From Akkermansia sp. (lineage in GTDB: Bacteria > Verrucomicrobiota > Verrucomicrobiia > Verrucomicrobiales > Akkermansiaceae), in contig JAZNTO010000130.1 of the NCBI GenBank assembly GCA_045591805.1, positions 2,924-66,923 on the forward strand: a stretch of DNA of 64,000 nucleotides, given 5' to 3'. A model generated the notes under the pieces. That model saw nothing but the letters and a program-made list of their open reading frames with translations, made no database searches and was not told the origin of the DNA. The number at the start of each line of letters is the position of its first letter. Position 1 is the stretch's first letter. Position numbers and translations under genes: made by a program. Below are positions 19,916 through 29,507 of this stretch, one piece after another.

Positions 19916-21799
19916 ATGTTTTATTCCCAAGGAGAAAATCGGCGTAAACGCTGGTACCATTTGCTAAGCATAGGGCAGAAAAAACTGCTCGTGCTTGGTG
20001 CCGTTTTTGCTTTGCTTTTGGTGGCTGTAGTGGTGGTGTTCATAACCTACAGCTGCCGTGCTATGGGGTATGACTTGGAGCGAGTTGTGCAGGGAAATGG
20101 TGTCAGCTCACTTTACGATTGCCGGAGTCACCCCATTGCTTCGCTCAGCAATGATGAAGTACTGCCCGTTCGCTGGGAAGAGCTGCCGCGTAATCTCGTG
20201 AATGCTTTTGTGGCGCGCGAAGACGAAACTTTCTTTGAGCATGGCGGCGTAGTTTATTCCTCTGTTGTACGTTCCATGCTGCGTAATATCGCCTCCATGA
20301 GCTACGAGCAGGGGGCTTCCACTATTACGATGCAGCTTACTCGCAATGTTTTTGAACTTAGCGGAAAAACATTAAATCGTAAGCTGTTGGAGGCTTTGCT
20401 GGCTCAGCGTATAGAACGCCGCTTCAACAAGCAAACGATTCTGACCCAATATCTCAACCGTATCTACTTCGGGCAGAATTGCTATGGTATTGCGGCTGCC
20501 GCTTCTCGTTATTTCGGTAAGCATGTCATGGAGCTCAATCTTGTGGAGTGCGCTACACTGGCAGGGCTTGTACGAGCACCCTCTCTCTGTAATCCTGTCA
20601 CCGACATGGATAATGCCATGGGCGTCAAACGCGAGACTCTTGCCCGTATGTTGGAAATGGAGTTTATCTCTCAGGAAGAGCACGACAACGCAGTAGCAGA
20701 GCCCATCGTTTTGGCAGATGAATCGATGACGCCACGCGCGACCCCTTCCTATGCTACGATGTGGACTGTTCGTGAGCTGGAGGAGCTGCACGATGAGATA
20801 GGGGAGAATGCCGGCGGTATTACTGTGGTGGCAAATCTGGATTTAGAGCTTCAGCAGAGGGTGGAACAATCCATGGAGCGCGCTCTGGTGGCCGTGGAAA
20901 AGAAGAATGCCTTTCCGGATGAGTGGTTGCCTATTCTGAATGAGAATCCGGAGGAGGCTCAGCGTTTGCGCAAGTTTTATGAGGGAATCGAGCGCCCTGC
21001 GCAGATGAAAGTGCGAGATGGCAACGACCTCGAGCGAGTCTTGCAGTGTTGTGTGCTGGTGGTGGATGCTCGCCGCAATAACAAAGGGCGTGTTCTCGCT
21101 ATGGTATCCGGCCGCAGTGCGGTGGATGGTCGCGACCGCTGGCTGGAAACATGCCTGCCCGGAAACGCCCTGTCCCCGCTCCTATATACTTGCGCGTGTC
21201 TGCCCGGTGGCGATAATACGCACATCGTTGCCCGCAAGGCGGAAGAGACCGGTAGGAGCTTGGGCTACGATGTGGTGAGCTCCCTGTACCGGAAGCTCAG
21301 GTTGAACATGGAAATCCCACCGCGGGAGCAGGAGGCTCGGCTGTACCGAGGCGAGTTCCGTATGCGGCGTATCGACTTGGCTCGTATACTTTTTGATATT
21401 CAAAATCAGGGACGCGATTACCGCTTTAAGGTGGTGGATCAGGTGTGGAGCAGGGGGCGCAAGTTGCTCCACATTCACGCGCCGGAGTCGGCTCCGGAGT
21501 ACATACGCCGCGAGAGTGCCACAGCTGTGGCAGAGATTCCTCCATTCGAAGTGTCAGATGGGCAGCCCATCGTGCTGAGTGAGACTCTGCCCGGTCAACA
21601 TGGTACCATGTGTATGGTATTCAATCAAAAGGGAGTGGCTGTGTTTGTGTGGATGGGCTTTGATAACCCGGCAGATTTACCACAAGGAAACCGCATGTCC
21701 GGGTTGATGAAGCGCGCCTCCTATTGTTTGGCTCGCGAGCTTCACACCCAAGCCCGTGCGATGCTTCGTTCTCGTGCTGCCGAGGAGAAAAAATCATGA
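19916..21799 (+). CDS. Peptidoglycan transglycosylase (GT51) with degenerate transpeptidase-like domain
   Basis: EDETFFEHGG, GASTITMQL, RKLLE, YLNRIYFG. The expected SxxK position reads PGNALSP. Confidence 0.88.
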   Translation: MFYSQGENRRKRWYHLLSIGQKKLLVLGAVFALLLVAVVVVFITYSCRAMGYDLERVVQGNGVSSLYDCRSHPIASLSNDEVLPVRWEELPRNLVNAFVAREDETFFEHGGVVYSSVVRSMLRNIASMSYEQGASTITMQLTRNVFELSGKTLNRKLLEALLAQRIERRFNKQTILTQYLNRIYFGQNCYGIAAAASRYFGKHVMELNLVECATLAGLVRAPSLCNPVTDMDNAMGVKRETLARMLEMEFISQEEHDNAVAEPIVLADESMTPRATPSYATMWTVRELEELHDEIGENAGGITVVANLDLELQQRVEQSMERALVAVEKKNAFPDEWLPILNENPEEAQRLRKFYEGIERPAQMKVRDGNDLERVLQCCVLVVDARRNNKGRVLAMVSGRSAVDGRDRWLETCLPGNALSPLLYTCACLPGGDNTHIVARKAEETGRSLGYDVVSSLYRKLRLNMEIPPREQEARLYRGEFRMRRIDLARILFDIQNQGRDYRFKVVDQVWSRGRKLLHIHAPESAPEYIRRESATAVAEIPPFEVSDGQPIVLSETLPGQHGTMCMVFNQKGVAVFVWMGFDNPADLPQGNRMSGLMKRASYCLARELHTQARAMLRSRAAEEKKS

Positions 21800-22578
21800 A
21801 AATGGACTTCTCTGCCCAGCTTGCCTCTGCAGAAAAAGCCGCCCGCGCGGCAGGAGCTTTTCTGCGAGAGCGTTTCTGCTCTCCGCGCCGTGTTACCGCT
21901 GAGATGGCACATGATATTAAGCTGCAGCTGGACCACGATACACAGCAGCTTATCGTAGAGCATTTGCGCGCGGATTTTCCCTCTTACTCCGTGCTGGGAG
22001 AGGAAGGAAACTCCGGGGCTTCGGACGCTGAGTATGTGTGGATTGTTGACCCCTTGGACGGTACCGTGAATTACTACTACGGAATACCGATTTTTTGTGT
22101 AAGCATTGCCTTGCAGGTGCAGGGGCAGTTGGTGCTGGGTTGTGTATATGACCCCATGCAGGATGAGTGTTATACGGCGCTTGCCGGGGTATTCGCCCGC
22201 TTGAACGGGCGGGATATTCGGGTCTCGGAGCGTAGCCGTATGGCGGAAGCGGTCGTTTTTGTAGGGCATGGCAGGCACGATGGCTCCGGAGCGGAAGGCG
22301 TGCGGCGTTTTGCCCACATATCCGCGCAGGTGCGCAAGGTGCGTATTCTCGGCTCGGCGGCGCTTTCTCTTTGTTACATTGCGGCCGGACGCTTCGATGC
22401 TTACATTGAGAATCGCATCAATCTCTGGGACTTTGCTGCAGCTCGCGTTATCCTGGAGACAGCCGGCGGAATTCTGGATTTTACCCCCTCGGTGGATTCG
22501 CCTGTTTCCGGGGCTGTCATCGCGCGCAATGCTGTCTTGCCCATTCTCTCTGCTTTAGAACTTCCTTCCCATGTCTGA
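21796..22578 (+). CDS. Inositol monophosphatase family protein (SuhB-like)
   Basis: LGEE, WIVDPLDGTVNY, RILGSAAL, WDFAAA. Confidence 0.92.
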   Translation: MKMDFSAQLASAEKAARAAGAFLRERFCSPRRVTAEMAHDIKLQLDHDTQQLIVEHLRADFPSYSVLGEEGNSGASDAEYVWIVDPLDGTVNYYYGIPIFCVSIALQVQGQLVLGCVYDPMQDECYTALAGVFARLNGRDIRVSERSRMAEAVVFVGHGRHDGSGAEGVRRFAHISAQVRKVRILGSAALSLCYIAAGRFDAYIENRINLWDFAAARVILETAGGILDFTPSVDSPVSGAVIARNAVLPILSALELPSHV

Positions 22579-23833
22579 CAAAGAAACACAAAGCGGAGCC
22601 TCTTTCTCCCCCAACCCCCGCTTCATTGCCTGGCGGTGTTTGCAACGTTGGGAGCAGGGGGGCGTTTTTGCAGAAACTCTTATCGAGCGCGAAGCCTCGC
22701 ACCTGCATCCTCGAAATCGCGCGTTAGTTCAGGCCTTGGTGCTGAGCGTGCTGCGAAATTTGCGCTTATTGGATTTCTACTGCTCCTGTTTACGCAGCGG
22801 CAAGCTTGAGCCGGCTGTTCGTTGGTTGTTGCGGCTGGGACTCTGCCAGTTGTTTGTCCTGCAGAAACCGGACCACGCTGCTGTGGGGGAGACGGTCGCA
22901 CTGGCGCCGACTCGTCTGCGAGGAGTGGTGAATGGAGTACTGCGTAATGCTGTGCGCCGCCGTGAGGAGCTGTTGAAATCTGTTGCTCAGCAGACGCCGG
23001 GCGTGCGCTATTCTACGCCGGATTGGCTGGTCAAGCGTTGGTGTGCAGACTTCGGCCCCGAAGAAACGGAGGGGATGCTAGCTTGGAATATTCAAATTCC
23101 CCCGGTGTATTGCCGGATAAACCCGCAGAATCCGCCGCAAGTGCCGGAGACATGGGTGCCGCACCCGCAGTTGGAGGGGTGGTACAGATTACCCGGAGGC
23201 CTGCCTCGCGAGGACTTGCTGGCGGGCAGGGTGTATGTGGCGGATCCATCCACCCGCTATAGCGTACAACTGCTGGCACCTCTCCCGGGAGAGCGGGTAC
23301 TGGATGCCTGCGCTGCGCCGGGCGGCAAGTCTGCCGCCATGCTAGCCGCCACGGGGGGGCGCCTGCGATTGCTGGCTACGGATGCAGAGGCGCACCGTCT
23401 GCACCAACTGCGTGAGAATTTGCAACGCGCCGGGGGCACTGAGGCGGAGGTGCAGCAGCACGACTGGACTCAGCCTTGTCCGGAGCCGTGGCGAGGTGCT
23501 TTCGATGCCGTGCTGCTGGATGTGCCGTGCAGCAACAGCGGCGTTTTGCAGCGCCGCGTAGATGCTCGCTGGCGTCTTCGGGCGGAGGAGATAACACGTC
23601 TGGCTAGCATTCAGCGCTCTATTCTGGAGTGCGCTTGCGTGGCTCTGCGCCCCGGGGGGCGCTTGGTATATTCTACCTGCTCCGTAGACCGGGAAGAAAA
23701 TCGCGATGTCGTGGACGCTTTCTTAGCTGCACATCCGGAGTTTTCCCTCGTGTCGGATTACTTGGCACTCCCTCACCGCGAGCAGGCAGACGGAGCCTAC
23801 GCCGCTCTGCTGCGTAAATCTGATATTTTCTGA
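22571..23833 (+). CDS. rsmB: 16S rRNA m5C967 methyltransferase RsmB/Sun-like
   Basis: NusB-like N-domain (VNGVLRN), VLDACAAPGGKS, LDVPCSNSG, YSTCS. Confidence 0.88.
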   Translation: MSDKETQSGASFSPNPRFIAWRCLQRWEQGGVFAETLIEREASHLHPRNRALVQALVLSVLRNLRLLDFYCSCLRSGKLEPAVRWLLRLGLCQLFVLQKPDHAAVGETVALAPTRLRGVVNGVLRNAVRRREELLKSVAQQTPGVRYSTPDWLVKRWCADFGPEETEGMLAWNIQIPPVYCRINPQNPPQVPETWVPHPQLEGWYRLPGGLPREDLLAGRVYVADPSTRYSVQLLAPLPGERVLDACAAPGGKSAAMLAATGGRLRLLATDAEAHRLHQLRENLQRAGGTEAEVQQHDWTQPCPEPWRGAFDAVLLDVPCSNSGVLQRRVDARWRLRAEEITRLASIQRSILECACVALRPGGRLVYSTCSVDREENRDVVDAFLAAHPEFSLVSDYLALPHREQADGAYAALLRKSDIF

Positions 23834-23902
23834 AAAAAAAGCTGGTATTTGTCCGCATTCTGGCTTATACTGCTGCATGAACAATAGCACATCACATTCT
23901 GT

Positions 23903-24169
23903 ATGATTACCAAAAAGCTTACCATTCTCAATAAACTCGGAATTCACGCACGCCCGGCAGCGCAGTTTGTGCGCATTGCCAGCAAGTTCGCCGCCGATGT
24001 CACGGTGGAGAAAGACGATGAATCTGTGGACGGAAAGAGCATTATGGGGCTGATGATGTTGGCTGTAGGCTGCGGGGCAGAGATTTGTGTCACGACCGAT
24101 GGCGCGGATGAGGCCGCAGCTATGGCTGCTCTGGAGGAGCTCGTTGCCGGTAAATTCGGCGAGGAATAA
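23903..24169 (+). CDS. ptsH: Phosphocarrier protein HPr
   Basis: GIHARPAA (His15) and GKSIMGLMML (Ser46). Confidence 0.96.
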   Translation: MITKKLTILNKLGIHARPAAQFVRIASKFAADVTVEKDDESVDGKSIMGLMMLAVGCGAEICVTTDGADEAAAMAALEELVAGKFGEE

Positions 24170-24187
24170 TTGCCTTCTTTCACTACT

Positions 24188-25942
24188 ATGACGCAGGGGG
24201 AAGGATTCGAGCGCAGACTCAAGGGCATAGCGGTGTCGCCCGGCATTGCCATGGGAGTGCTGCGAGTGGAAGCCCGTGGCTGTGCCGCTCCTCCTGTGCG
24301 TACCATCCTGCCCACTGAGCTGGAGAGTGAGTGGGCGCGTTTCGAGAGTGCTCTGGTTCGCACAGAGGAGGAGCTTCTTTCCCTCAAGTCCCGCGTGGAG
24401 CACCTTTCCGGCGCGAATGAGGCGGCTATTTTCGATGCTCATCTCCTTTTCCTGCGAGATCGCACCGTTCTGGCCAAGCTCCGCAAGGAAATGCCGCAGC
24501 GTTTGCAGAATATCGAGTCTGTGTACTATGCGGTGGTGCAGAACTTCATGGAGGTGATGCGCCATGTGGACGATGCTTATCTGCGTTCGCGCGCAGCGGA
24601 TATTGGAGATGTGCTCCAACGCGTGCTCAACAACATGGCTCCGGCAGAAAAAACTCCGCTGTGCGGAGATTGCACGGAGCCCTGTGTGCTTGCAGCTTAC
24701 GACCTGACACCCAGCGACACGGCGGATTTGGATCCGCGTTGCGTTCTCGGTTTTGTGACAGAGGCCGGTTCGGCTGTTTCGCACACGGCCATTCTGGCTC
24801 GCTCGCTGGGCATGCCCGCTGTGGTAGGCGTGCCGAACCTCGTCATAGATTCTCGCGTGGGCAGCCGCGCTATTTTGGATGGTTTCAATGGCTACCTCAT
24901 CCTGAACCCCACAGAGGAAACTCTGCAACACTACCGCGAGTTGCAGGCGGAAAAGGAGCGCGCATACACCGCTCTGGTGGAGCTTAGGGACTTACCCGCC
25001 GAAACAACGGATGGCCGCCGTATCCGCTTGGCCGCCAATGTGGAGTTTGCGCATGAGTACATGGCCATACAACGTTCCGGAGCGGAGGGCGTAGGCTTGT
25101 TCCGTACGGAGTTTTTCCTGCTGGGCGGTGGTAGCCTGCCGGATGAAGAAGCGCAGTACCGCCATTACAGGCAGCTTGTGGAGAGCTGCAGCCCGGAGGA
25201 GGTGATATTCCGCACGCTGGATTCCGGCGGTGATAAGTTACCTTTCGAGGTGCTGGAGGAAAAAGAGTCCAACCCCTTTCTGGGCTGGCGTGGTATACGC
25301 GTGTCGCTCAGTCGCGTAGAGATTTTTAAGGAGCAGCTGCGTGCTATTCTGCGGGCCTCGGCACATGGCAAAGTAGGCGTCATGTTTCCCATGGTCTCCG
25401 GTATTACGGAGGTGAAGGATGTGCAGGCTCTGCTGGAGGACTGCCGTGCCGAGCTGCGCGAGCGTGGCCAAGCCTACGATGAGCATATGCGTGTGGGTAT
25501 CATGATCGAGGTGCCCAGCGCCGCCATGATGGCGGATGTACTGGCCCGCCATGTGGATTTCTTCTCCATCGGCACCAATGATCTCACGCAGTACACCATA
25601 GCGGTGGATCGCGTAAACTTCCGCGTGGCGAGCATGTTCCGCCCCACGCATCCGGGCGTGGTGCGCCTTATGCGGCAGACCATAGCTGCCGGTATCCCCA
25701 CAGCTGTGTGCGGCGAGATGGGCGGGGATATCAACCTGGTGCCGCTGCTGGTGGGTCTGGGGGTTGCAGAGCTTTCCGTGGGGGCACACCTTCTGCCGGT
25801 GGTGCGCTATGCCATCCGCAAGTTGAACTTTGCAGAGTGCCGCGCCATGGCAGAACAAGCCTTGCAGGCGGAGGATAGCTACACCATACGCAACCTCTCT
25901 GTGGAGGTGGCACACCGCTGCTACCCCGAGCTCTTTAACTGA
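24188..25942 (+). CDS. ptsI: PTS enzyme I
   Basis: GIAVSPGIAMG, SHTAILARS, GVGLFRTEF, NPFLGWRGIR, SIGTNDLTQY, VCGEMG. Confidence 0.95.
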   Translation: MTQGEGFERRLKGIAVSPGIAMGVLRVEARGCAAPPVRTILPTELESEWARFESALVRTEEELLSLKSRVEHLSGANEAAIFDAHLLFLRDRTVLAKLRKEMPQRLQNIESVYYAVVQNFMEVMRHVDDAYLRSRAADIGDVLQRVLNNMAPAEKTPLCGDCTEPCVLAAYDLTPSDTADLDPRCVLGFVTEAGSAVSHTAILARSLGMPAVVGVPNLVIDSRVGSRAILDGFNGYLILNPTEETLQHYRELQAEKERAYTALVELRDLPAETTDGRRIRLAANVEFAHEYMAIQRSGAEGVGLFRTEFFLLGGGSLPDEEAQYRHYRQLVESCSPEEVIFRTLDSGGDKLPFEVLEEKESNPFLGWRGIRVSLSRVEIFKEQLRAILRASAHGKVGVMFPMVSGITEVKDVQALLEDCRAELRERGQAYDEHMRVGIMIEVPSAAMMADVLARHVDFFSIGTNDLTQYTIAVDRVNFRVASMFRPTHPGVVRLMRQTIAAGIPTAVCGEMGGDINLVPLLVGLGVAELSVGAHLLPVVRYAIRKLNFAECRAMAEQALQAEDSYTIRNLSVEVAHRCYPELFN

Positions 25943-25944
25943 GT

Positions 25945-26076
25945 ATGTTTGAGACCGCGATAGAGTTTATTGTGGATTGCCTGCTGGAGGTATGGACCTT
26001 CATGCGCTGCCATTGGCTGCTTTCGCTCGCCTGCTTTATCTTCCTGGCGGCGGTACTTGCCTGCTTCGTGTGGTAA
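25945..26076 (+). CDS. Small (43 aa) hydrophobic membrane protein, not in the ORF track
   Basis: MFETAIEFIVDCLLEVWTFMRCHWLLSLACFIFLAAVLACFVW. ATG is 2 nt after the ptsI stop and the ORF fills the intergenic gap. Confidence 0.6.
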   Translation: MFETAIEFIVDCLLEVWTFMRCHWLLSLACFIFLAAVLACFVW

Positions 26077-26093
26077 GCAGATTTCCACTCAAA

Positions 26094-26555
26094 TCAACGC
26101 TCGCGGAGAAGCTCAGCAGCCTTTCTCGCACAAAACGCAACACAGCGCTCGCAGGGGCGCGAGTCGTAGTAGGCCTGTGTGCGCTCGCTCGGGCGGGCTC
26201 CCTCTGTAGCATTCTCGTCCAAGTGCAGCAACTCTCGACAGGTTAGCGTGCCGAACTCCGCCGTAAAGCTTGCCGCCAGCTCGCGTACGCGCGAAAAGAT
26301 GCCTTCTTTATCCGCCGGCTCTCCCGTCAGGTTGCCTTGGCAATACCCGGCCACTAGGGTGAGACCACTGAAAGCGCCGCACATGCCGCGCATGCGTCCT
26401 ACCCCTGCGCCGAATCCGGAGGCCAGACGCAGGGCAAGCTCCTCGCTCAGCCCTATCTCCGGGGCAAAAGGTGCAAAAACGGATTGCGCGCAGTTGAACC
26501 CACGGTGAAAGTAGGCTAGTGCCGATTCCTCCGCTGTGCGGGGTTGCTGTGTCAT
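26094..26555 (-). CDS. C_GCAxxG_C_C family putative redox protein
   Basis: GFNCAQSV, GFGAGVG, MCGAFSG, LTCREL, PCERCV. Confidence 0.9.
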   Translation of the reverse strand: MTQQPRTAEESALAYFHRGFNCAQSVFAPFAPEIGLSEELALRLASGFGAGVGRMRGMCGAFSGLTLVAGYCQGNLTGEPADKEGIFSRVRELAASFTAEFGTLTCRELLHLDENATEGARPSERTQAYYDSRPCERCVAFCARKAAELLRER

Positions 26556-26557
26556 TC

Positions 26558-28420
26558 TTAGCTTCGGCGGGGTTTGCGTGAGAAACGGGAGAAGAAAGGC
26601 CGGCGCTCATCGTCCCTCTCGCTACGGTCGCGGCGCTCGTAGCGCTCGCTCTTGCGCGAGTTGCCGAAGCGCTCGCCACGCTCAAAGCGGTTTCCTCTCT
26701 CGCGGCGTTCGCTGCGGTAGGAATCCCGGCCGGGGTAGGAATCCGAGGCTCCGGAGCGGCGGTCGCGCACATGCACGGCCGGGCGCGTGCTGCCCTCGGG
26801 TTTCCCCTTGTCCTCGCGCACATTCACCTCGTAGCCACATATCGAGCAGGTGGAAAGCTTCTCTACCAGTTGCGGGGCAATCTCCGGGCTCACCTCGATA
26901 AGGGAGTGCTTCAGGAAAATCTTGATATCGCCTACGCTCCCTTTCGGGGCGCCACCTTCGTTGTAGAGCAGGCCGGCTATATCCTTGGGGCGTATGCCGA
27001 TGAGCTTGCCGCCATTCATGAAAAGCGTGGTACTCTCCTGCAAGCTGCTCCAGTCGTTGCCTTTTTCTGCAGCCGGGGCTGTGTTTGCGTCTGCGCCATC
27101 GCGCTTGGCGTAGCGGCTGGGTCTATCCTCCGGTATCGCTTGCAGCTCACAGCTGCCCTTGGCTACCAGCAGGTTGAACATAGCGGCCATGAGTTGTTCG
27201 GCCGGCAGCTCTATATCGCGCAGCTCGGTCGGGAGCTCCGGGTTCTGCTTGGCCGCCTCCAGTATGTCGTCCACCAGCGCCTCCACGCGGGCTTCTTCCA
27301 CCTGACCGGCGGTCATCACCTTCTCGCGCTGCATGCGAGTACCGATAAAACGCTCGATACGCCCCAGCAGCGAGAAGTCCCTGCGGCCGATAAAGGTAAC
27401 AGCCTTCCCCTTGCGCCCGGCGCGTGCCGTACGCCCGATGCGGTGCACATAGTCCTCCGGGTCGCGCGGCAGCTCAAAGTTCACCACAATATCTACATCG
27501 TCTATATCCAGTCCGCGTGCGGCTATATCCGTGGCTACCAGCACATTCAGGTTGCCGCGGCGGAAAGAGTCCATAACACGTTCTCGCAGCGTCTGAGGCA
27601 TGTCGCCGTGCAGGCGGTCCACAGAGTAACCACGTGCCAGCAGGCCATCCACCACATCATCTACCACGCGCTTTGTATTCGCAAAGACAAGCCCGCGCTT
27701 CATGCGCCCCATCTCGATAAGGCGGCTCAACACCTCGATACGCGAGGAGAACACCACCTCGTACACACTCTGCTCGCAGGTGGGCACCGTAAGCACCGGG
27801 CGCTCAATGGTGATTTCCTGCGGCTCCTCGGACAGGCGGTTTATCAGCGCGCGAATCGCCGGCGACATGGTGGCGGAGAAGAACAGCGTCTGGCGCTCTG
27901 CCGGCAGTTGGGATACGATTCGGTCTATATCCTCTTGGAAGCCCATGTCGAGCATCTCGTCCGCCTCGTCCAGAATAAGCGTGCAAATGTGCTCCGTGGG
28001 CAACTCGCCTTGCTCCATGAGGTCTATCACACGCCCGGGGGTACCCACGACAAATTGCACACCACGGTGCAGCGCCGCCAGTTGCGGTGCAAAAGACGCT
28101 CCGCCGTATATCGGCACTGCCGACACGCCGTCCAGGAAAAGCGCCAGCTTGTCCACCTCTCGGCATATCTGCACCGCAAGCTCGCGCGTGGGTGCCAGAC
28201 ACAGCACCTGCACACTGCGCACTGCCGGGTCTATGTTCTCCAGCGCCGGAATGGAGAACGCCAGCGTTTTGCCGGAGCCTGTGTGGGAAAGTCCCACGAT
28301 ATCCTGCCCGTCCAATGCGGGGGGAATTGCCTGTTGCTGTATGGGCGAGGGCGTATCGAAGCCAAGCACTTCGATAGCTTCCAATATTTCCGGGCAAATA
28401 CCGAGTTCAGAGAATGACAT
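26558..28420 (-). CDS. DEAD-box RNA helicase (DeaD/CsdA-like, DbpA RNA-binding domain)
   Basis: Q motif, TGSGKT, PTRELA, LDEADEML, SAT, ARGLD, HRIGRTARAG and an Arg-rich tail. Confidence 0.95.
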   Translation of the reverse strand: MSFSELGICPEILEAIEVLGFDTPSPIQQQAIPPALDGQDIVGLSHTGSGKTLAFSIPALENIDPAVRSVQVLCLAPTRELAVQICREVDKLALFLDGVSAVPIYGGASFAPQLAALHRGVQFVVGTPGRVIDLMEQGELPTEHICTLILDEADEMLDMGFQEDIDRIVSQLPAERQTLFFSATMSPAIRALINRLSEEPQEITIERPVLTVPTCEQSVYEVVFSSRIEVLSRLIEMGRMKRGLVFANTKRVVDDVVDGLLARGYSVDRLHGDMPQTLRERVMDSFRRGNLNVLVATDIAARGLDIDDVDIVVNFELPRDPEDYVHRIGRTARAGRKGKAVTFIGRRDFSLLGRIERFIGTRMQREKVMTAGQVEEARVEALVDDILEAAKQNPELPTELRDIELPAEQLMAAMFNLLVAKGSCELQAIPEDRPSRYAKRDGADANTAPAAEKGNDWSSLQESTTLFMNGGKLIGIRPKDIAGLLYNEGGAPKGSVGDIKIFLKHSLIEVSPEIAPQLVEKLSTCSICGYEVNVREDKGKPEGSTRPAVHVRDRRSGASDSYPGRDSYRSERRERGNRFERGERFGNSRKSERYERRDRSERDDERRPFFSRFSRKPRRS

Positions 28421-28572
28421 AGACGCGCCAAAGAATGCCCTATTATTTCGCATTTGTAAAGCATTTTTTCTGCCAGTGAGGCAAAATTGTCAATCCTCCT
28501 CCCCAATCTGACCTCGCGGATTCAGAAGCCCCAGCGCCCGCTCGTACGCGTACGGATATATTATAGCGTGTT

Positions 28573-29493
28573 TTAATTATCCTGCTGAGGCGCGTCAGGT
28601 TGAGCTTTATCCTCTGCATAGATGACGGCCGGGTTGATGCGAGGGATGACATTGACACTGCGAACGTGGCGCTTTGTGGTGCGCGCGTGTTCCAGAATCA
28701 TGGCGAGGCGCGAGAGCTGGTCTTTGATATCGTACACCTGCATGAGCACCTCTGTGCCGCTTTCCAAGGTGACAATCATTTTCCAGTCCTTGGAGCGCGA
28801 AATTTCGGTAAGAGCCGGAATCTCAATGAGGTTGTATGCGTTGGAAGCGGCAATAAGCTCCTTGATGGGGCGACATTTTTCTTCCGAAATAACAGCTCCG
28901 GACTTGAGCTCGTCTATATCTTCCGGCTGTAGGTACCAAGTAGGCGCATTCATGAAATTCCGGTGGTAGGCTTCCACAACCGGGAAGAGTACGCCTTTGG
29001 GATCCATGAAAAAGCGTGTTCTGTTGCCGGTTTCTGCTCCGCTTTCCATTTCCACGTATACCACGGGGATGCGCTCATCGATTTCGATGTGCAGTGTTTC
29101 GGGCATTTCTGCACGAATGGTGGCGGCGGCGATGCTGTGGTTTGCCAGAAGTTTCTTTTCCATGCCTTTTACGTCCAGCGTTGCCATGTTGACAGCCTCG
29201 CGGATGCCCAGAATGTCCATGGCCTGCTCGCGTGAGATGAGGCCATGGCGCGAGACGTAATGGATGTTATCTATACTCAAGCTGTAGGCTTTTTCCACCG
29301 CATAATTTACGGTGCAGAAAATGCCCCAGAGCACAGGCAGGACGAGGAGCAGAATCAGAATCCAGCGCCGCAGGCGGCGAGCGCCACGTTTTAAGGCCAA
29401 CATGCTGAAGAGGCGGTCTTTCAGGGAGAGCGCCTTCTCCAACAGGTGCACATTTTCCTTTGGCTCTGAGCGGTATTTGTTCTCCTTCGACAT
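28573..29493 (-). CDS. ftsQ: Cell division protein FtsQ/DivIB
   Basis: Single TM, POTRA-like region ending PETLHIEIDERIP, and position after ddl. Confidence 0.8.
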   Translation of the reverse strand: MSKENKYRSEPKENVHLLEKALSLKDRLFSMLALKRGARRLRRWILILLLVLPVLWGIFCTVNYAVEKAYSLSIDNIHYVSRHGLISREQAMDILGIREAVNMATLDVKGMEKKLLANHSIAAATIRAEMPETLHIEIDERIPVVYVEMESGAETGNRTRFFMDPKGVLFPVVEAYHRNFMNAPTWYLQPEDIDELKSGAVISEEKCRPIKELIAASNAYNLIEIPALTEISRSKDWKMIVTLESGTEVLMQVYDIKDQLSRLAMILEHARTTKRHVRSVNVIPRINPAVIYAEDKAQPDAPQQDN

Positions 29494-29507
29494 GCGGGAG
29501 TGTGGGC

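Noticed and set aside
23903-25942. PTS without sugar-specific EII as a novelty
   Set aside because: Incomplete regulatory PTS sets are common, and EII genes could lie outside the window.
26771-28417. Long antisense ORFs (548 aa here; also 31179-32732, 52227-53489, 56061-57122, 60668-61927, 61958-63445)
   Set aside because: They are shadows of well-supported opposite-strand genes, expected with GC-rich codon bias. No motifs were recognised.
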